Assembly (NCBI GenBank): GCA_964016885.1
Contig: OZ024740.1
Coordinates: forward strand, 224,874,001-224,938,000
Length of the DNA stretch: 64,000 bases
Source: Eledone cirrhosa
Lineage: Eukaryota
Direction: 5' to 3'
Below are positions 35,449 through 48,352 of the stretch, in pieces. The translations under genes were made by a program, and so were the position numbers. The notes under the pieces are model-generated. The model worked only from the letters and a program-made list of their open reading frames with translations, was not told the origin of the DNA and made no database searches. Within the stretch, counting starts at the first letter, position 1. Each line of letters begins with the position of its first letter.

Positions 35449-37284
35449 ATATATATATTTATATATATATAACACCAATCACATTACAATGTGTACTGGG
35501 GGCATTTTAACATGACTATTATGTTTCTCTATCTTACAAGGTGTACTGAGTGCTTTTTGTTATAGCACCAGCTTTACCCCTTTGAAGGAAGGACTAAGTG
35601 CTTTTCATTGTGGTACTGATGCTAGGGTGCTAGGTATCCTTGGTCTGACTGGGGAGGCATTTACTAACATCTCCCTGTGGGGAGAGTGTGCCTGAGCATC
35701 AGATCAGCATTGAAGAATGTGAATGCTGTGGGACATATTGTGGGATTATCCTAGCTTTACTTGCTTATCTGTGTTGGACATGGAAAGTGTATTGGCGGAA
35801 GAGGGCAAAGATTTGTTAGGTAAAGAGTTTGGTGAGGAAGTTGAATAAGTCAAGGTTAGTCCTAGCTTTCCATGCTAGCATGGGTTGTGCAAGGAAAGCA
35901 TAAGTATATTAGTAGGCAATGACCTAATAGTTGTTCCACATCTTTCTTCTTAGAGTAAAAGGTGGGGCAAAGTGGGCAGGGGAAGGGAATCAAAAGCATT
36001 CTGGCAGTGGGGTGGGGGGAATCAAGAGTACACTGGCAGGTGGGGCTGAAGAAAACTTCAACATTGTTCCACCTCTCTGCTGGAGGTTAGTGCAGATGGA
36101 GTTATGTGAAGGACAGTGGGAGCATACTGACAGGTGATTGGCCATCCACCCTATGCTCGTTTCATCCTGCTTGCATAGGAAGGTGAGTCTTCTACAATAC
36201 AACATGTCACCAGTTATCTTAATGCTGGTTCATCTCCTTGTTTTTATCTACAAATTTCAGCCATTGCTTAGCCTGAGGTTATAATAGAAAGCACTTTTTC
36301 TAAGATGTGGTATAGTGGGTTAAAACCCAAAATGTTGACATTACTAATCAAAATCCTTTACCATATAGCCTATATGACATTTAAAAATATCTTTCCAGCC
36401 CATATTTAAATAGCTGAAATGTAAGGGTGATGCAAATATTTATTTTGACTCTGTCTATATTTTCTCTCATATTTAATCTATCAAAAATCTAATGTAGATT
36501 CTATAAAATATGAGTAAAAATTCATACCTATAATTTAAAATGTGAGCCAGCATTCTTCTTTAGTCCCTATTTTTGTAACAAATACAAATCAGCCTTCTTG
36601 TTTTCAAATGTATTATAACAAAATATAATAATGGAAAGGCAAGGCACAGAGCATCCCTCCAAAAAGAAAAAAAGAAAAAATAATAATAATATTGAGAAAT
36701 TTTTTCTTTTGTTTAGCTTCAATATATTTTGCATACTATGTTAGAATTTTGTTTAATAAAAGTGATTGATCTTGTCTGAAGTGAAACAGTTGCTTTCTGA
36801 AAGTATATAATGTATAAATTTGTGTTTTAGTTTATAAGTGTGTATATGTATTATGTGTGTAATTATATATATGTATGTATATATATGTATGTGTATATAT
36901 ATGTATATATATATGCCAGTAGCTTCAGATACACCATGACAGTGTTAGGTAAAAAAATATATACGTGTAGAAAAGGACATTTGAGAGAACACTGAAAGTG
37001 AAATATTTTATGTAAAAATGTACATAAAATAAAAACAAAAGAACATTATTTTCCTTTAACCCTTTTTTGTCAGTATAACCCTATCAAATTACAGCAATAT
37101 ATTTATATAAATATAAAATATAACTATGAATGCATACTTATAACTGTATGATTAAAATGTTTGCTTTCCAAATCCATCATCTTCGGTTCTCTTCGACTAC
37201 GTGAATTCTTGAGTAAGTGTGTTCTGACTAGATTGGGGCTGGCCAATTCCTTGTGAGTGAAATCGGTAGCTAGGAACAATACAA

Positions 37285-37287
<3 letters not shown>

Positions 37288-37347
<60 letters not shown>
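37288..37347. repeat. (TA)n microsatellite
   Basis: Direct reading. Confidence 0.95.
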
Positions 37348-37350
<3 letters not shown>

Positions 37351-40313
37351 AGACATGACAACCACCCTAGAGCTGGTGTCAAAATAAAAGGAACTTGGAT
37401 GAACACAGGAATATAAATGAGTGTAGGCACATGGTTCATCTCAGAAGTCAGTAGCTCCACTTGAAATACTGACTTGGTCTGTGAAGACCCATCCAGCCCT
37501 ATATGCTAACACAGTAGACAGATTTTAAATGATGATGATGAGGAATGTGAGGATGATTGTCTTGCTGATGATATACATAAATATGTATGTGTAGATGCTT
37601 GTGTGTGTATCTTTGTTTGGCACCATCTCTTGTCTTCTCACTGATATATGTTTATGTTCTACTTAGATATAAATCCCACAGACCAACACTTTAGACATAC
37701 AGAAATATATAAAAGAAGAGAAAAAATAGGGAGGATTGCTGTCAGGTTATGCATCTATGCTGCTGAACTTTGCCTCATAAACATCTTGACTAACCCATGT
37801 TAATGTCGAAATACTAGTATAAAACTGTTGATGATGAAGATATGTACAAAATTTTCTAAATATTACATTCATTTCAGGATAGAGAGATTAATGTTAGAAT
37901 GAACAAGGAAACAAAAATCGTAATTCAATTACATCATCGAAATCATAAGCTGTTTTCATGTTCTCATCCTTTTCTTCAGTATCATTAGCAACACTCTCAT
38001 AACTACTTTAACCTCTTCAATACATCATTTCCAATGAAAGACATTGATTACGATTTTGAAAATAATCACAAATTGGGAAGGATTTAGTAATTTAGTAATA
38101 TAACTAACTTCCTCATTCTTCAGATTGTGATTTAAGTATATTTTAACAATGAGCCTTACATAAAATTACAGCAGAAAGTTTTTAGATAAATATAAACACT
38201 TAAAACAATACAATTTATATTATAGACTCACAGCAATTTTAAGGAGGTTTAGTATCAAAATGGTTAACATCTTATTTTCTTTGCTAGGTCTGCGCTACCT
38301 CCAATCTCAGTTCCATGTCATTGTATCAATGAGGTCCAACATGCGATTTTATCTTATTTTTTCTACCCATGTTTTCTCAGCAATCCTCTACTTCCAATAT
38401 CAGCCCACAGCATAGTATTCATCAACAGCCATACACTCAAAACAACACTGTCAATTTATCTTGCATATATCAGTTGATGCCTTTAACACTTTTGGTACCA
38501 AACTGCCTCTATGATACAAAGCTGTCTGTTTTAAAGTAATTGTATTTATCAAAAAAACCATCTATCATAATTTATTATAAGAATGATTTATATTTCAAAT
38601 ACCAGCTGAATAATAAGAAAGTTAGTTATATTACTATATTTTTACAGATTCTTGATCATTTTCAAATTTATTGAAAATCCTAGGCAATATATGGATGACA
38701 TATAATGACAAGGTAATACTTAGCTGATTTTTTTGTTCCACATTCCTTCCACCTACTGTGCAGCTTAATTTTTTACATATTTGCTTATTTATGTTTAGTG
38801 TTTAATCAGAGAGATAAGAACAAAATTTATAACTCTTTTCAGGGCCTCCAGGTCTGGTGCGATTGAGAGAGGAAGTTATGTTAAAACCAAAGACCTAGCC
38901 TAAATGCTGGTAGATCTAATCATCATCCTTTTAAAATATTTTAATACTGGTATTGGTTGGATGAGACGTTTTGAAACACTCTTACTACAACCAGATAACC
39001 TTCCTGATGTCAACCCATGTTATATTTTTATGCATGGGATATACTTCAGATTTTTATTGAATTGCTAAGCCACAAGACAGAAATACCACCACATGCTTTA
39101 ACAGCTTCCATTTAACAAATTCGGTTGATGTGATACATTGGGATTGAACCTAAAACATTGTGCTTGAAAGCAAACTTCCTGACCACAGGGCCATGTCTGT
39201 GTCTATATAGTACATTAAAAATGATAAATATGACAAAAAGTCTTTTCTAATATGTGTGTAATATATTTCTTTCTCATCTGTAAAAAAATCCCAATGATTT
39301 ATAATGTTCAGCTTAAGCATGTTTTACCTGGAGGAATATTTATGTTCATTAAATGCCAAGAAAAAATTCGGATAGCACCATTAATACTGTTAGCTTGCCT
39401 ATTTGATTTTTTTTTTGTTGTTGTCTTTTTAAAATTTTTATTTTCACTGTATCCAATATTATGTATTGCATATTTGATGACTTAGGTAATGATAATACAC
39501 TCTTGCAACTATTTTTCATGTTTCCATATATATTTTTCACTTTCTTTATCAATAATTCTAATAGATTGCAATATAGAGAATAATCCTGAAATCTGTTATT
39601 ATTCTCTTCTCTCCATATTTTTAAATATTTACTTGGAAATGATATATGACTAAAGAATACTGGCAACTTGGAACTGTAGATTGTGCAATCAAACTAGAAA
39701 AGTTATAACTAAGTTAACATAGGGATTAATTTAATAGAGTTAGACGAATAAAAAATATATACAGTAAAAAATATATCTTGTTAATAAACTATTTGCAATA
39801 AGAAATGTGCTTTCACACATTTTATCTGTGAAATTGCCAAAAAAAAAAAAAAAGTAGAAATTCACTTAAGTTGGAAAGGTGCATAGTTGTGAAGAACTAA
39901 GAAGGTAATGTGGTAAATTAAAAATTATCAGGTTTTAGGTGAATATTTCTTCTAAAGAGTCAAACCTTCAACTCACATAATCAATAACATCATCTCAGCT
40001 AGAATTTGAATTGGTTTACTGTTGATCTCATATTGATATGTTCCATGTACAATACATTTAAACTTTGTTAAGTAATATTTCAAAATGTTTTCCATTTTTT
40101 AAACTGTTTGGTTGCATGAAACTATCGAAAAATTGAAGAAATAACATAAAAGATAGTTTTAAAGTAGTATAGCTGCTGCCATAGATAACTTGTTAGATTG
40201 TGCTTATCAAAGGTATTAAAGAAATACTATATTTCAGTAGGAATATAGTACTTTAATACCCATTCTTATTTCTATACAATTCCTCCATTTGTCTGACTCC
40301 CTCTCTTTCTGTC

Positions 40314-40350
<37 letters not shown>

Positions 40351-40802
40351 TTTGGCCTAAAATTCTAGGATTTTATAAAATGGCCTTCCTGCTCCCTCCT
40401 AATCTTTACCCCCCCCCCTATACATCGTATACGCGCCTGCTGGTTCCCTCTTTCAATCCCTTCCTTCTCTCACCAAATATAAAATAAACCTGTTATGGGG
40501 TACGAAACTCAGAATGTGTCAACTCTTATTAATGGCCAGACTGCTCGCTCTCCTGTGAAATGTAAAGTACAATGCCATTTTTTTATCTTCTCTCCATCTT
40601 CCCCCGGTCCATTCATCTATCCGTATCATTGCCCAGAATCCAATCTTTGCTCTTTCTCAATGCTATTCTATAATTCTGTCTGGTAGTTCTAAATAATCTT
40701 CTTGTATTTTAAAATACCATAATTATTCGCTTATTACTGTTATATGGTTGTCCAATTATGCCCAAAATTCGAGGATTTTATTTAAACCTTCTCACTAACT
40801 AG

Positions 40803-43800
40803 CCCGTAAGGAGGTTGATGTTTGCTGTATCCAAGAGACCAGGTGGAGGGGTCGGTCTGCTAGATTCATTGTGGGTAAAAAATGATGCTATAAGCTTTTT
40901 GGGTGGGAAATGACAATGGGCTGGGTGGGGAGGGAATCATGTTAGCAGAAAAATGGGTAGATAAGATAATAGACGTAAATAGAGTGAACAACAGAATAAT
41001 TAAAATAAGAATTGTCCTAAATAGAACTATTGTGACAGTAATATCTGCGTACGCACCCCAATCTGGACTGCCTGGTGTTATAAAAGACAGATTCTATGAG
41101 ACATTGATGCTCACTACCTCTCAAATAACTGACAGTGACTACATAATTATTGCTGGCAACCTAAATGGTCACATTGGACAACATTGTGATGGCTTTGACG
41201 GAATCCATGGAGGCTATGGGTTTGGTACTAGAAATGAGGAAGGCTCCAGAATCCTGGAATTCTGTGACGCAAATAACCTAACTATCTGTAACACTAACTT
41301 CAAAACACGAGACAATCACTTGATCACCTATAGATCAGGGGAACACGCCAGTCAGATAGATTATATCCTTACCAGAAGACGTGATAGAGTGTCTGTTGTA
41401 AACACTAAATCCCTCCCCCATGAAGAATGCACCTCCCAACATAGACACATAGTCAACGACCTCATAGTCAGGGCAAGACGTACTCGACAACAGAGGAGGA
41501 CTATTCTCAGGAGAAAAATATGGAAGCTAAAGGACCCCACAGCCAGTGATAAATTTAAAAGCATATTACTTGATGCTTTTGACAGTAAGGAAGAGCAATT
41601 AGAGTCGTACAATATAGAGGAACAGTGGGAATTCCTGAAAACTAACCTGCTGAAGGCGGCAGATGAAGTCTGTGGCCAGAGCAGGCCTTTAGGCAGGAGG
41701 AGAGCAATGTGGTGGTGGAACAGTAAGGTGGAGGAGTCAATCAAGGCCAAAAAGCAGGCTTGGAAAGTATGGCGGGATGGGGGAAGTAGAGAAGACTATG
41801 AAGTGGCTAGGAGGGAAGCTAGGAGACAGGTGTACTTCACAAGAAGGGAAGCAGAAGAAAGAAAGTTCAAGCATGTTCTACAACGCGAGGACAACAAACG
41901 TGAGGCGTTCAGGATTGCTAGGCAATGAGTCAAGGTAAACCGTGATATTGTCGGGGAGAAGTGTGTCCTTAATGATGGTGTACTTGCCAACACTGATACT
42001 GATAAGAAGGTAGCTTGGAAGTGTCACTACGAAAGGCTACTAAATGAGGAGAATAAATGGGAGAAAGACAGTCTCCCCCACATCGATCCAATAGAGGGAC
42101 CAGCAGTGCAAGTTGAAGGTAGTATAATAAGTAAGGCAATCAAAGATATGAAGACTGGTAAGGTGGCTGGGCCTTCGGAAATAGTTGCTGAAATGCTGAA
42201 AGCATCTGGAACGGTGGGACACACTATGGTCACCCGGATAGTAAACCAAGTCATACAGAATGGGGTCGTTCCGAAGGACTGGCGTAGCAGCATCATCATT
42301 AACTGCTACAAGGGAAAAGGAGATGCCTTAGACAGGGGAGACTATAGAGGCATTAAATTAATTGACCAGGTCATGAAGGTCACAGAAAAAGTTATAGCGC
42401 AACTAATCAGAGAGGAAATTAATCTATATGAAATGCAGTTTGGGTTTGTGTCAAGTAAAGGTACCAGAGACACTCTTTTCCTTGTACGACAACTACAGGA
42501 GAAGTACCTAGCTAAAAGTAAACCCCTGTACTTAGCATTTGTTGGCTTGGAGAAAACCTTTGACAGAGTCCTCCGCTCCATTATCTGGTGGGCTCTTAGA
42601 AACTAGGTGTTGATAAATGGCTTGTGAGAGCTATACAAGCCATGTATAAAGAAACAGTCGGCAAGGTTGAATTAACAAAGAATATAGTGAAGAGTTTAGC
42701 GTAAAAGTTGATGTTCATCAGGGCTCCGTTCTTAGCCCCCTACTATTTATTATTGCCCTTCAGGCTATAACAGAGGAGTTCAAGATTGGCTCCCCATGGG
42801 AACTCCTATATGCAGATGATCTAACGCTCATAGCTGAATCAATGGCTGAACTAGAGAAGAAATTCCAAACATGAAAGCATGGTCTAGAATCAAAAGGCCT
42901 TAAAATTAACCTGTCTAAGACTAAAGTTCTAGCTTGGAGGAAGGAAAATAGGGCACTGGTCCCATCTGGGAAATGGCCATGCTCACTGTGTAGGAAAGGA
43001 GTAGGCAGAAACTCCATTTTATGTCCCAAATGCAAAGTATGGGTGCATAAAAGATGTAGTGTGATCACAGGTAAGCTAACTCAGTATATAGATTTTATAT
43101 GTGGCCAGTGCTCAGGTGCAATAAGTAGCAGCAAGTGCCCACAGGATACTAGCTCATTCCATTGCACAGATGGTTCTATAGAAATAGTGGACACCTGTTA
43201 CCTGGGTGACAAAATCAGCAGTGGTGAATGGTCCTCTGAATGTACAGTAGCTAGAGTCAGAACGGGATGGAAAAAGTTCAGAGATCTTATACCACTATTG
43301 GCCACTAAAGGTTTCTCTCTAAAAATGAAAGGCAGGCTGTATGATGCCTGCATACGAACAACAATGTTACATGGCAGTGAGACTTGGGCATTGTGTGCAG
43401 AGGATATACGCAGACTGGAGAGGAACGAAGCTTGCATGCTCCGCTGTATGTGTAATAGTAATATACGTGAACGGCAAAGCATAAACGAACTAAGGGAGAA
43501 ATTAGGAATAAGAGGGATCAGATGTTTTTTACTCAAGAGAAGACTACGTTTGTACGGTCATATGATGCGCATGAAACACGACAGTTGTATAAAAAAAGTT
43601 GAGCGTGATAAAAATAGACGGTAGCCACAGAGTAGGCAGACCCAGAAAAACCTGGGACGACTTGATAAATTCCAACCTCACACACTTACATCTCTCCAAG
43701 ACAATGTCACTGGACTGAGATCTTTGGCACTACACAGTAATACAGAAGACCCTCGTTGCCTAAGTACAAAGCGAAACCTACAGTTAGTAGGCACCTCTAA

Positions 43801-44150
43801 CAAAAATACACCCCCGTCCCACTACCCTATCCACACCACACCTTTCAATGTAAAGTTATATTGGTACCACAACATCCAGTCCAAATAAATGAGGTCGTAT
43901 AGGTGTCACAAAAAAAACACACACACACAGCCCACGCTGTAATGTGGCCATGTAGGTAACACGGTAAAAACCTCCCAGTCCACACTGTAAACGTGGTTGG
44001 TGTTAGGAAGGGCATCCAGCCGTAGAAAACCTGCCAGACAGTCCTATACGAGCAAGACAACCAATCTTGCCTCAAGTGGGAAAATTCCCATCCAAACCCA
44101 TGCAAGTGTGGAAGATGGACGTTAAACGATGATGATGATGATGATGATGA
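40803..44150 (+). mobile_element. Near-full-length RTE-clade LINE (family A): APE endonuclease, RT, PHD-like finger, 3' UTR, (GAT)n tail; disrupted
   Basis: DVCCIQETRW at the 5' edge; ORF 40903..41928 (VISAYAPQ, IIAGNLNGHIG, SQIDYIL, SQHR); ORF 42106..42606 (YRGIKL, MQFGF); HQGSVLSP and LLYADDL near 42715-42825; ORF 43043..43624; tail 'gacgttaaacgatgatgat'. Confidence 0.97.
40903..43763 (+). pseudogene. Disrupted LINE ORF (endonuclease-reverse transcriptase polyprotein)
   Basis: Consecutive ORF pieces separated by stops (41926, 42872) and frameshifts; domain order EN-RT-C-terminal RWYGH/GRPRKTW. Confidence 0.9.
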
Positions 44151-44159
44151 TATATATAT

Positions 44160-45262
44160 ATCATCATCATCATCATTATTATGTCCTATTTGCCACACTT
44201 GCATCGGTTGGATGGGTCATTTTCAGCATGGCAGCTCCCCACATGTCATGATCCTTTGTCATCTCCTCTATGAGTCTCAGTGATTTGAGTTCTGCTCAGT
44301 TTTTTCTTGGTCTACCTCTACCACAGCTTCCTTCCACTGACATTTCATGATATTTCTTCACCCAATGATCATTTTCCATGTGCATCACATGTCCAAACCC
44401 ACACAGCCTTCTCTCCTGCATACCACCTCTTAAACCCAACTCATTCAAGTTCTGCCTTTCTTTCACACTAACATTTCACATCTAATGGAGCATGATTGCT
44501 TCCTTTCTTCTCAGTCTACACATGTCCTTTGCAGTCACAGCCCATGCAGCATCTTTCTTTGGCCACAAGTGTCTTACAGTCATCCTTTTTTACATAGGGA
44601 GAAATCTTTTGTGGTTAACAGTTGGAGTAGCTTCTAGAAATGTTTCCATCTCATACTTCTTCTAGCTATTATTGTCTCAGAACACCCTCCTCCATTGCTA
44701 ATTACGTCACCTAGGTAGCAAAATCTATCAACCAATTTTATGGGTCCTTCCTATAACTGGCTATCTTCTCCCTGGTTACCCCCATGCATTTTCTACAAAC
44801 AAAGTCTTCCTTTCCTGTTAGTTTACCTGATATCCCTCTACATCTCTTATATATCCAAGATTCACATTATATATATTGTATGAAGTTTATGCCTAATCTT
44901 TTTTTAGAAAGGCCACTTCCTTGAAGGAATCAGCGTCCTATCTTCTCTTCTATTCACTAGCACTGTAGTTTAGGCTAAGTTTACTCTCAGGCCATTTGAT
45001 TCTATATTCTGTTTCTATAGTCGGAACTTATTATCTAAATCTTTAATGGATTTGGCTATAAGGTCCAGATCATCTGCATAGAGAAGTTCCCATGGTCTTA
45101 AACTCCTCTGTTATAGAATGGAGAACTATTAGGAATGGTAATGGGCTAAAAACCGAACTTTGATGAAATCCTACTTGTACCTTGAATTCCTCACTAAACT
45201 CGTTTCCTACTCTCACTTTGCTGATAGCTCCTCTGTACATAGCTTACACTGCCCTCACCATT
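44160..45262 (-). mobile_element. Older RTE LINE 3' portion, tail-to-tail with the 40803-44150 element
   Basis: Minus strand: VQVGFHQSSVFSP, PWELLYADDL, DRFCYLGDVISNGGGCSE, GHVMHMEND, GRGRPRK; (GAT)n tail at 44160-44176. Confidence 0.88.
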
Positions 45263-46234
45263 CTTTTTTCTTTACATATATGTTATGTTATGTCAAGTTG
45301 CTCTTGAGCTCTACTAGTAATATGTAACTCAGTAAAACCTGCTGCAATTTCAGGTTGTCAGTGACTAAATTGTCAACTCCATCAAGCCTTCTTCATAAAA
45401 AGGAAGATTTTTGGACACCTTCATCATTATCATCATTGTTTAATGTCTGCTTTCTCTTATAGCAAGGTTCAGAGGGATCTACATAGACCCAATGAAACAT
45501 GGCTACTGACTTCCCAGACAGGGGAAGGGGTCTGCATCTCACTTATGTACAGTCGCACATCCTATCGAGTGTACAGAAGAGGTAGTCATGTTTTTGACAC
45601 AAATGAAGTGTTCTCACAACTTTTTTTGGCATGCTTTATATAGCTGGATGCCTTTCATATCACCAACCATTTTACTGTGTGTACTGGGTGTGTTTATCAT
45701 GTAGATCATCAACACTTAAGAGGTTGTCATACCATGACATGAATAAAGAGTCCTCTCAACCCAATTTTTATAGGTATGGTTTCTACAGCAGGGTGCTGTT
45801 CCTGTCACCAGCCACCTTACAGGATGTACTAGTTGTACCTTGTCCCAATGGACGAGCCCTCTTGGCTCTAGGTGCTAGGGGCAATAGAAGTATGACGTTA
45901 TGGCAAGTGTAGTGTGATTTGACAGGGTGAGGACTACTTAGCACTGGGATTGGTGGCACTAACCAGTGCTGAGAAAGGCATGTGTAGTGATGCAGAGAAT
46001 AGCTAAAGTACGATAGTGGAGGGGGAATGGATAAGATGCATTGAGAGGAAAAGAGTAGCTACTAGAAGATGATAGTCAGGGTATCTAAGAGTTTAAGTTG
46101 GGGGCAGCAGCTAAGAAAGGAAAGTAGGAGGGGGTGGGGCATGGATGAAATGAGAGTGTGTTGTGAGTCTGAAGATAACTGCTTGGAGTGCTTGTGGAAT
46201 TGGGGATATGAAGATAAGTCAGTCTACATTGTAT

Positions 46235-46525
46235 GCCATTTGCCACGTCTTCACCAGTACAGTGTAGCACCAGCCCTTCACTGTCATTTCTGTTGTGAGG
46301 TTTAGTTTTTAATGTCAGTCTTCACAACCTTACCTTATGTCTTCCTAGATTTTCCTGTTCATTTTTTTATGCAGCTGCTATCTTCCATATGAATGACATG
46401 TCCATACCAATGCACTCTTCTCTCTTACACTCTACATTCAATTCCTCTTGTGCCAAGATTTTCCCTCAGTTTGCTTATGCTATGTCACTCATGCACATAC
46501 CATTACACATCCACCAGAGCATAGT
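46235..46525 (-). mobile_element. Degenerate RTE 3' fragment
   Basis: Minus strand 'atgctctggtggatgtgtaat...ttggtatggacatgtcattcatatggaagat' (MLWWMCN..WYGHVIHMED). Confidence 0.7.
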
Positions 46526-48189
46526 CGAAAAACAAAACTCATCAAAGCATGAATTTAATGGATATCCAATAGGAAATATATATGCTTGTGCCTATATATA
46601 TATACCCACACATACACTCACACACTCACTCACTCACTCACACATACACACACATATATATTGTTGCCTGAATGTGTGGTTGTAATCACTGATGAAGGAG
46701 CTCTCATTGATGTAAATATATGATGGTGTATACAATACAGGGCAAACTGACATATACCTTCCTGCACTTGAAAAACCTACATCTTATATATGTATGTGTA
46801 TGTGTATGTGTATGTGTGTGTCTGTATGCAACTATCAATTAAACATAGGACAATTATTTACACAAAACCCATTTCCAGTTTTTCTCATAACACCTCATTG
46901 TTTAACAAGTCTATCAATTTGAAACAATATTTTGTGATGCAGATTTGTCCATATATTAATATAGTCTTGTTCTTGCTATCTGGGACTTAGTAAATACGAT
47001 CAATGTCTTAGAATTCCATGTTAGAGTATTGAACTCCATTTGAGACTAAATGCACAAACAGAAATGACATCTAAAAACTACGAAAGAGTTGTATGTAGAA
47101 AGAAATTTGTAAAATATTATATAAATAATCTGATAAACCTATACTTTACAATGTTTCAGTAATCATGATCTACAGCAAATATATTTGTTGCTTTGTTTAC
47201 ATGTATTAGTCATGAGGTGTTGGTATTGTATTATCTATCAAATAGTCACTGAAACTCAATGCTGTACATTAGAACAAAACACTTGCCAGTCACAATTTAT
47301 GTTGCTTGAATTTAGAAGATAAAAGTAACTTGACAGTAAATAAACTATATGGAGAAATGCTCTGCTGACTTCAAATATAAAGTGACAATCCATGAAACAC
47401 AATTTCATGTAGGAAGGAATAAACAGTATAATATAGTGAAGCTGTCTCTATTTTAAACTGTTGTCTATCTTCTGTTGAATTGGCAAATTTAACTTCAGAG
47501 CTTCAAATAAAATGTTTGTGCTATTTCAAATTACAATTTAAAAAGAATATATAAATTAAATTACATATCCTTTTCAAGTAGGCTACTATTTAGATAGTTA
47601 TCTCATATAATTCTCTATAACAATAAAAACCACTAAGTCACAGTAAACCACAGTTGCTGGGTTTCTAAAGGGCTTGTCCAGTTTTGACAGCTAAACTTCA
47701 TCCCTTTTCGCATCCCCTTTGTTTCTTTATTTCTATTCTTTTATTGCTTTCATCGTCATTCATCTGACATATCTTCTTCACCTCTTCCTTTACTTTATGT
47801 TGCTATTCCTTTGAATTCTGGCCCTTGAAATATATGTAGTCCTTAATACAGGGCCTCTGCACAAACATAACTGAAATAAATGATACTCATCAATTAAACA
47901 TGAAAAAAGATAATAAACATATGAACTTGACAAAGGTTAAAGCAATGATGTAGAATGGTCACTAGTTCGTACAGAAAGTGCTCTAAATAAGAGCAGTAAA
48001 AAGAAATGCATGAACTCATAAAATACCAAGCTGGTTAGATATAGTCAAATATTAATAAAACCAGTATATAAGGCTGCCAAGTTCAGTCCCTTGTAACTTT
48101 AAAAAGATATTGAATTTTGCTGAATTTTTTTCCCACTATTTGTTAATGTTAATGACTGTGTAAGAAATACAATTATTGCAATCCATCAC

Positions 48190-48352
48190 CTAATTTAACA
48201 CTACCACCGAGTCCTTGTAAGTCATTAGTAGAGTCCACTCTGTTGCAAGCATTTGCCAGGCTTCTGGTTTGAGGATAACTTCTTTCCTCCTACCAGTCTT
48301 GAAGTTCCTGAAAATGGCCATGAACACTGCACTTTCTTCCTTGACTAAATAA
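48190..48352 (-). mobile_element. Unclassified interspersed repeat (family of 9388-9600)
   Basis: Reverse complement similarity to 9388-9600 and similarity to 53260-53430. Confidence 0.55.

Noticed and set aside
40345-40800. 5' UTR or promoter of the long RTE, or a hammerhead at 'ctgttatggggtacgaaac'
   Set aside because: The LINE is truncated inside the endonuclease at about 40803, so upstream DNA is not its UTR; the motif lacks CUGANGA and helix pairing.
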